A stretch of DNA of 21,695 nucleotides from Methanotrichaceae archaeon (GTDB taxonomy: Archaea > Halobacteriota > Methanosarcinia > Methanotrichales > Methanotrichaceae), in NCBI GenBank assembly GCA_963813075.1, contig CAWEXU010000021.1:1-21695 (forward strand), given 5' to 3'. The notes under the pieces are model-generated. The model worked only from the letters and a program-made list of their open reading frames with translations. It did not search any database and had not been told where the DNA came from. Shown here piece by piece: positions 15,755 through 21,695 of the stretch. The first letter of the stretch is position 1. Every line of letters starts with the position of its first letter. Made by a program: the position numbers and the translations under genes.

Positions 15755-15782
15755 TTATCGTCTTATGGCGATAAGTTTATAT
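15755..15782 (+). promoter_or_regulatory. Putative ArsR operator plus TATA box
   Basis: Inverted repeat TTATCG-N8-CGATAA (15755-15774) abuts TTTATAT (15776-15782), about 29 nt upstream of the arsR ATG. Confidence 0.6.
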
Positions 15783-15810
15783 CTGAATATGCAATAATCG
15801 CGCTCTAATC

Positions 15811-16155
15811 ATGGCTCAAAAGAATGTCTCTGAACTGCGCCTAAAGATTCTGAGCGCTCTGTCCGATCCCACCCGTCTGGAGCTGCTCGAATACCTGAGC
15901 GGGGGCGAGCGATGCGTTTGCGAGATCCTCCCCGCCTTCTCCAGATCTCAGTCCACCATATCCAAGCATCTGAACATCCTCTTCGAGGCCGACATTCTGG
16001 ATCGCAGAATAGACGGGAAAAAGACGCTCTACAGCATAAAAGACCCTCAGGTTTTCGAATTGGTTCGCCTTGTAGACCGGATGGCCTTAAAGCAGATATC
16101 GCAGCTCGCAGAAGCAGGAAGGATTCTCGAGGAGTCATTGAGCAACGGGAGATGA
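15811..16155 (+). CDS. arsR: ArsR/SmtB-family transcriptional regulator
   Basis: ALSDPTRLELL, the alpha3 metal site ERCVCEI, and SQSTISKHL HTH. Confidence 0.9.
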   Translation: MAQKNVSELRLKILSALSDPTRLELLEYLSGGERCVCEILPAFSRSQSTISKHLNILFEADILDRRIDGKKTLYSIKDPQVFELVRLVDRMALKQISQLAEAGRILEESLSNGR

Positions 16156-17246
16156 TATTTACGGTAACTTATACCATCATGGCAGCCTTGGAGGCCGGGC
16201 TGGCAACGCTGCTTGAATACCTTTCGGCCCATGTCTTAACCTGCCTTGTGCCAGCATTCTTCATAGCCGGTGCAATAGCAGCTCTTTTGAACAAGGATAC
16301 TGTGCTCAAGTACTTCGGTGCTGATGCTCCCAAGTGGCTCTGCTACAGCGTGGCTTCCACCTCGGGGACGATACTGGCAGTGTGCAGCTGCACCATCCTG
16401 CCCATGTTTGCAGGAATCGAAAAGAGAGGCGCAGGCATCGGGCCGGCAACGGCCTTCCTCTTCTCCGGACCGGCAATAAACCTCATGGCCATCATCCTCA
16501 CAGCCAGGGTCCTGGGCCTGGACCTGGGCATAGCCAGGGCAGTGGCCGCGGTGGTCATGGCCGTGGTCATAGGTCTGATCATGGCAGCTATATTCCAAAG
16601 ACATGACCCAAGCTGCAAAACCGATGTTGCTCCTTCTATGATTCAGGCCGATCCAGACCCGGATCAAATGAGCCGGCCCAATTATATCACAGGCATATTC
16701 ATGGCCGTGCTGGTGGCCATACTGCTCGTTGCCACCTCAAGCGCCATAGAGCTCCTGCCCAAGGCAATAATCGTGGGAGCGCTGATAGCAGTGGCTGCCT
16801 ACATCATGAATAGATTCTACCAGCCAGAGGAAAAGAGCGCCTTCCTGGAAGAGACCTGGTGGCTGACCAGGAAGATCTTTCCTCTGCTGGTAGTGGGCAC
16901 ATTTGTAACCGGGGTGATCGGCTACTTCCTGCCGGTTGAATGGGTCAGGACAATCTTCGGCACCAGCAGCTTTATGGCCTGTTTTCTGGCCTCAGTGATC
17001 GGCTCAGTGCTCTATATGCCCACATTGCTTGAGGTGCCGATCGTCGGCACTCTCTTCGGCTATAGCACGGGAGTTACGGCTGCCGGGCCTGCTCTAGCCC
17101 TTCTGCTTGCTGGCCCATCCCTGAGCCTTCCCAGTATGATAGTTATCTGGAGGATCGTTGGAGCGAAAAAGGCCAGCGTCTACATCAGCCTGGTGGTGAT
17201 CTTATCCACATTGGTGGGGATGCTCTACGGCGCCATCGTTTCATAA
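16152..17246 (+). CDS. ArsP / DUF318-family permease
   Basis: ATGA overlap with arsR. Motifs HVLTCLVPAFFIAG, LAVCSCTILP, FLFSGPAIN, YMPTLLEVP and LLAGPSLSLP. Confidence 0.85.
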   Translation: MIFTVTYTIMAALEAGLATLLEYLSAHVLTCLVPAFFIAGAIAALLNKDTVLKYFGADAPKWLCYSVASTSGTILAVCSCTILPMFAGIEKRGAGIGPATAFLFSGPAINLMAIILTARVLGLDLGIARAVAAVVMAVVIGLIMAAIFQRHDPSCKTDVAPSMIQADPDPDQMSRPNYITGIFMAVLVAILLVATSSAIELLPKAIIVGALIAVAAYIMNRFYQPEEKSAFLEETWWLTRKIFPLLVVGTFVTGVIGYFLPVEWVRTIFGTSSFMACFLASVIGSVLYMPTLLEVPIVGTLFGYSTGVTAAGPALALLLAGPSLSLPSMIVIWRIVGAKKASVYISLVVILSTLVGMLYGAIVS

Positions 17247-17272
17247 TTGATAAGATTGGGAGGATATCTTAT

Positions 17273-17842
17273 TTATTTTGAGATTCCCGGTTCTACCTCG
17301 GACACCCGGCCGCCTTCTACCTTGACTCTGACCATGGTCTTCAGGTTGTAGCCTTTGGACCTCAGCAGCTCTGCTCCGTTTCCTCTCTCCACCACGATCA
17401 CTGTATCCATAACCTCAGCCCCGGCCAGCTTTAGAGAGTCCAGCGTTGCTTGGAGGGTGCCGCCGGTGCTGATCACATCATCCACCACGATCACCCTGTC
17501 TCCCCTGTTTATTCCGTTCAGATAGAGCTGCGAACGGGAGTAGCCGGTGACCTGGCTGATCTCGACCTCATTCGGGAGCCCGTACTTTCTCTTCCTTATT
17601 ATCACCAGGGGAATATCGCAGAGGATGGAAAGCACTATGCCTATGGGAATTCCCATGGCCTCAACAGTCACTATCTTGTCCACATCCAGATTGGCGATCC
17701 GCACGATATTGGCGGTGACCTCCCTGATCAGATCCGGCTTGATCTCGGGAACTCCGTCTGTGATGGGATGGATGAAGTAGTCATACTCTCCCCGTTTGAA
17801 TACGGGGGCTTCCAGCAATGATTTTTTGAGCCTTTCCAGCAT
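17273..17842 (-). CDS. hpt: Archaeal hypoxanthine/guanine phosphoribosyltransferase
   Basis: YDYFIHPITDGVP, EAMGIP, RKRKYGL, TGYS and the PRPP loop VDDVISTGGT. Confidence 0.88.
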   Translation of the reverse strand: MLERLKKSLLEAPVFKRGEYDYFIHPITDGVPEIKPDLIREVTANIVRIANLDVDKIVTVEAMGIPIGIVLSILCDIPLVIIRKRKYGLPNEVEISQVTGYSRSQLYLNGINRGDRVIVVDDVISTGGTLQATLDSLKLAGAEVMDTVIVVERGNGAELLRSKGYNLKTMVRVKVEGGRVSEVEPGISK

Positions 17843-17946
17843 AGGTGAGTTCTTTCATACTATTTTCCTTTTCAAGTTATTGGTCCCTAAGGCTCATGCT
17901 CCGGCAGGGCGGAAAAGCTATGTGCTGTCCGGTAGGGATGTTGTTG

Positions 17947-18714
17947 ATGACAGAGAAAAGCGTATGGGAAGAGTTCTTCGATGCTCATGCACCGATCTAT
18001 GAAGAAAACGTATTCACAAAAAATACTATTCTGGAGGTCGATTTCCTTATAGAGATGCTGGCGGTGAGTGATGGGGGCTCAATTCTTGATGTTGGATGCG
18101 GGACAGGACGTCACTCCATTGAGCTGGCCAGGCGGGGTTATGCTGTCACCGGGCTTGATCTGTCCGCAGAGATGCTTGCCAGGGCCGCGGATGCTGCCAG
18201 GAGCAAAGAAGTAAATGTGCAATGGGTTCGTTCTGATGCTACCCGGTTTCAGCTGCCGGATAGGTACGATGGCGCCATTTGCCTGTGCGAGGGCGCCTTT
18301 GGGCTTCTGGGCAAGGGCGATGATCCTATTGGCCAGCCTCTGTCCATCCTGTGCAATATCTCCCGCAGCCTGAAACCGCAGGCAAAGGCAGTATTCACCG
18401 TTCTCAACGCACTGGCATCGATTCGCAGGAACACGAATAAGGACGCTGAGGAGGGAAGATTCGATCCTCTGACACTTGTTGAGTCTTCGGAATGCCCGCC
18501 CCGAGAGGGGGTGCCTGCAGTTGCAGTTCGAGAGAAGGCATTTGTGCCAACAGAGCTCGTCCTGCTCTTCCGCCTGGCGGGAATGTCTGTGATAAACATA
18601 TGGGGCGGAACTGCAGGAAACTGGGGGAGAAGGCCCGTCGACCTGGATGAGATGGAGATCATGGTTGTGGCATGCAAAACAGGCGAGCCTCTGGATGGGG
18701 ACATGCAAAGCTGA
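17947..18714 (+). CDS. Class I SAM-dependent methyltransferase
   Basis: ILDVGCGTGRHS, VTGLDLSAEML and YDGAICLCEGAFG. The start is probably MTEKSVWEEFF. Confidence 0.85.
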   Translation: MTEKSVWEEFFDAHAPIYEENVFTKNTILEVDFLIEMLAVSDGGSILDVGCGTGRHSIELARRGYAVTGLDLSAEMLARAADAARSKEVNVQWVRSDATRFQLPDRYDGAICLCEGAFGLLGKGDDPIGQPLSILCNISRSLKPQAKAVFTVLNALASIRRNTNKDAEEGRFDPLTLVESSECPPREGVPAVAVREKAFVPTELVLLFRLAGMSVINIWGGTAGNWGRRPVDLDEMEIMVVACKTGEPLDGDMQS

Positions 18715-18734
18715 CCGTTAAGGGATGTGTCACC

Positions 18735-19238
18735 ATAGAACGGCTGGTATCCTCTCCGGTGGAGGTCTGGGCCCTTCTTCTAGGAGACGTCTTCGCTTCG
18801 TTCGTCTTTGGATTGCTGATCTCCATCATGCCCCTGGCCGTCGCCGTATTGATGGGCGTGGAAGTTGTGCACCTCCTGGTCTTCTGCCTGGGCATGATTT
18901 TGGCAACCTTCTGTTTTGCATCGTTGAGCATATTGCTGTCAGTCTATCCGCCTACGGATGTGCCTGCCACTGTGATGATGCTATCCTCGCTGGTGAGGTT
19001 TCCTCTGGTCTTCATCAGCGGTGTTTTCGTCCCGGTAGAAGAGATGCCTGCATGGGGGCAAACCATCGCATCAGCTTCACCGCTAACCTATTTCATTGAC
19101 CTGGCAAGATATTCGACAACGGGCATAAGTTATTACTCGCTTCCCACAGATCTGGCCGTCATGGCGGTGTTCACCCTGCTCTTCCTCGTGGTTTCCATAA
19201 AGCTTCACGAGAGGTTCCTGCCTCAGCGCCTGTCATAG
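18735..19238 (+). pseudogene. N-terminally truncated ABC-2 type permease
   Basis: Homology begins abruptly at IERLVSSP, which is normally internal. FISGVFVPVEEMP.W and SPLTY follow. There is no convincing start and no adjacent ATPase gene. Confidence 0.65.
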
Positions 19239-19505
19239 GTAGAGCTGGCCGTACGAGGGAGTCTGCAGTATGAATGAGTCTATAGAATGAAGGAGTCTAT
19301 ATAGATATTGAAGCAAAACCATTTATACTTGGAAAGCAAACCCCTCAATCAGAGTGGGCAAATAGCTGCAAATTTAAGAGAGACTTGCCAGGGATCAAAA
19401 TGGAGTGTATCCATCAGAAATATAGCCTCTCAGATATACGCATAGATAGGGCGTAAAGCAACCTAAAGTTGAGCATGAGGCTTAATATTTGGAAGGAGAT
19501 GACCC

Positions 19506-20921
19506 GTGAAGCATGCTTTAACTATTATCCTGGTTGGATTGGTTTTGATCTTTTGCACTCCCCTGAAGGCTCTTGGCGAATCGGAGACTGTGGTAGCAGC
19601 CGATGATATAATGATCAAAATGAGGCTGGGCTTGCCAGTGGAGTACGAAAATACGGTCATAAAAGGAAACCTTACATCTGACCGGCTGGGTATGACTGCC
19701 AAGCAGATCTTGCGCATCCCCTTTGAGGTGAAGATGCCGCAATCCAAGCAGATGCAGGTCAATTCATCTGTCGTGATCAAAAATTCCATTATATGCGGCA
19801 GAGTGGACTTTAACAACACACAATTTCATAAGCAGGTCAGCTTCGAGAATGTGTTTTTTGTCGAAAATGCATTATTTGTAAACTCAACTTTCAATGACGA
19901 TGCTGCATTTAATCATTCTATATTTTTAAAAGAAGGAAGCTTCGAAGGATCAAGGTTTGACGGCAAGGCGAATTTCTTCCAAACCCGTTTCAGCCGGCCG
20001 GCATCATTTAATGCCGCCAAATTTGGCGGCATTGCTGATTTCTCCCTCGCCCAGTTCCTCTCAGTTGGCAATTTCGCCTCCAGCCAATTCTCATCTGATG
20101 CCCTCTTTGATAAAACAGATTTTAAAGGAGAAGCCAAATTCATAGCATCTCAGTTCAATCAGGATGTGGAATTCAATGGAACCAGATTCGAAAAAGAGAC
20201 CTCATTTGAGGGTGCAAAATTCTCCGGGTCTGCTCAATTTTCTGAATCTGTATTCAACGAATCTATAGCCCTCAATTCAGTGCAGTTTGAAAAGGAGGTT
20301 CGATTTGATCGGACTCAATTCGAGGGTCCGGCATTCTTCGCAAGGGCCAGGTTTGATGATCTAGTCGAGTTCGGCGACTGTAATTTCCTTAAAAACGCCA
20401 CCTTCAAAGAATCCGATTTCCAGGTTGATGCCACATTCAATAATACATCTTTTCTTGAACCAGCAGAATTCAGCGGAAGCAATTTCCTTGGATTTGCCGA
20501 TTTTGGAGGTTCGAAGTTTGCATATGATGCTGATTTCAGCGATTCCATCTTCAGCGGTCCGGCCGACTTCAGCAGAACTGCGTTCAGCGATAGAGTCAAT
20601 TTCTATAATACACAGTTTAAAAAGAATGTCCATTTCGAGAGCACCCAGATTAATACCATCAATTTAACTGGAGCTGGATATGATTGGCTCTATTTAAAAT
20701 GGGATTGCATAAGTCATCTTGAGTTCGATGATGCTGCTTACCAAGACCTCATTAACAATTATAAGAGACTTCAATGGCTGACGGATTCATCGGATTGCAG
20801 TTCCACTTACCTGAAAGAGATAATCAAGGTTGCGCCAGACGATAGCCATAAATGGATCATAGATGGCATATTATCGATGGTTGCAGGCACAAATTCAAGC
20901 AACTCCTCCCACAAAGGATGA
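19506..20921 (+). CDS. Secreted pentapeptide-like (11-residue FxxxxFxxxxx) repeat protein
   Basis: GTG start after GGAAGGAG, a signal peptide, and about 25 consecutive 11-aa repeats. Confidence 0.85.
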   Translation: MKHALTIILVGLVLIFCTPLKALGESETVVAADDIMIKMRLGLPVEYENTVIKGNLTSDRLGMTAKQILRIPFEVKMPQSKQMQVNSSVVIKNSIICGRVDFNNTQFHKQVSFENVFFVENALFVNSTFNDDAAFNHSIFLKEGSFEGSRFDGKANFFQTRFSRPASFNAAKFGGIADFSLAQFLSVGNFASSQFSSDALFDKTDFKGEAKFIASQFNQDVEFNGTRFEKETSFEGAKFSGSAQFSESVFNESIALNSVQFEKEVRFDRTQFEGPAFFARARFDDLVEFGDCNFLKNATFKESDFQVDATFNNTSFLEPAEFSGSNFLGFADFGGSKFAYDADFSDSIFSGPADFSRTAFSDRVNFYNTQFKKNVHFESTQINTINLTGAGYDWLYLKWDCISHLEFDDAAYQDLINNYKRLQWLTDSSDCSSTYLKEIIKVAPDDSHKWIIDGILSMVAGTNSSNSSHKG

Positions 20922-21006
20922 GCATTTTTAATAGATCTATACAATCAGAAAATAGATAAAGGAAAATCAGGCCTCTAATCCCCAAATCCCGGGCCTGATC
21001 CCACCA

Positions 21007-21695
21007 TCATAGCGGTTTGATGGCCCTTACCTTTATGCTGGATACGGAGTCTGCAAATCCGTTGAAGGCGGATTCCTCAATAACTGCGACTTCGTCGAAG
21101 CCTGCAGATCTTATCGCATCCAGATAGACATCTTTCATAACTGCTCCCGAGATGCAGCCCACATAGCCTTCGATCGAATTCTTTATGCCAAGAGGCAGCT
21201 CCTGGCGCAGGACGAGATCTGAGACCATCAGCCTGCCGCCGGGCTTGAGCACCCGGAAGGCTTCTTTGAAGGCCTTCTCTTTGTCGGGCACCAGGTTGAT
21301 GACGCAGTTGGAGATGACAATATCCACGCTATTATCCTCAACCGGCAGATCCTCCAGCTCGCCAGGCCTGAAATGTACATTGCTGTAGCTTCCAATAGCT
21401 GCATTCTCTCTTGCCCTGTTGATCATCTCCGGGGTCATATCCACTCCGATGACCTTTCCTGTCGGTCCGACCCTGCTGGCGGCAAGGAAGCTGTCAAATC
21501 CCGCCCCCGAGCCCAGGTCGAGCACAGTCTCCCCTTCTTTGATCGATGCCAGCGCGATTGGATTGCCGCAGCCCAGGCCCAGATTAGCCCCCTGGGGCAC
21601 GGCATTCATCTCTTCCTCTGAGTAGCCGATACCTTTGCTGATCTCCTCCGGGGGAAGAGTTCCACAACATGAGCCCTTGGTGGGGCAGCACGAGC
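21007..21695 (-). CDS. arsM: Arsenite S-adenosylmethionine methyltransferase (5' end beyond the window)
   Basis: The frame is open to the window edge: SCCPTKGSCCG...IGYSEEE, then LGLGCGNP, VLDLGSGAGFD, ISNCVINL and GCISGA. Confidence 0.9.
   Translation of the reverse strand, partial: SCCPTKGSCCGTLPPEEISKGIGYSEEEMNAVPQGANLGLGCGNPIALASIKEGETVLDLGSGAGFDSFLAASRVGPTGKVIGVDMTPEMINRARENAAIGSYSNVHFRPGELEDLPVEDNSVDIVISNCVINLVPDKEKAFKEAFRVLKPGGRLMVSDLVLRQELPLGIKNSIEGYVGCISGAVMKDVYLDAIRSAGFDEVAVIEESAFNGFADSVSSIKVRAIKPL

Noticed and set aside
15912..16151. 80-aa N-terminal extension of the permease
   Set aside because: It overlaps arsR. The ATGA junction at 16152 is the natural start.
19255..19305. Three GAGTCT copies in the intergenic region
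   Set aside because: Too short and irregularly spaced to support a repeat array or operator.

Overview
This is an archaeal window, most consistent with a Methanothrix/Methanosaeta-type methanogen. That assignment is inferred from the archaeal hpt, cupin-type pgi, split fumarase, TATA/BRE promoters and many N-sequon-rich secreted proteins. The left end (53-4653, minus strand) is the most interesting part: a tightly coupled three-gene operon encoding a 57-aa Zn-ribbon microprotein, a 3-TM membrane protein resembling Pycsar PycTM-type effectors, and an 872-aa TPR-CHAT caspase-like protease. The protease has six 46-aa repeats that vary mainly on one helical face. The operon is hidden by a complete 1174-bp IS1-family element (8-bp TIRs, 8-bp target duplication, A6C -1 frameshift site) inserted in the membrane-protein gene. 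Removing the IS in silico restores a 206-aa ORF ending 4 nt before the protease start codon. This is a candidate protease-triggered defence or cell-death system. The rest of the window is housekeeping and envelope genes: an LTD glycoprotein, an NxT-repeat mini-glycoprotein, cbiA, DUF166, fumarase alpha/beta, DUF434, cupin PGI, a UbiA prenyltransferase, paralogous secreted proteins, SemiSWEET, arsR-arsP, hpt, a SAM methyltransferase, an ABC-2 permease remnant, a pentapeptide-like repeat protein and a partial arsM. No rRNA, tRNA or CRISPR array was recognised. All family assignments come from motif recognition by eye, not database searches.
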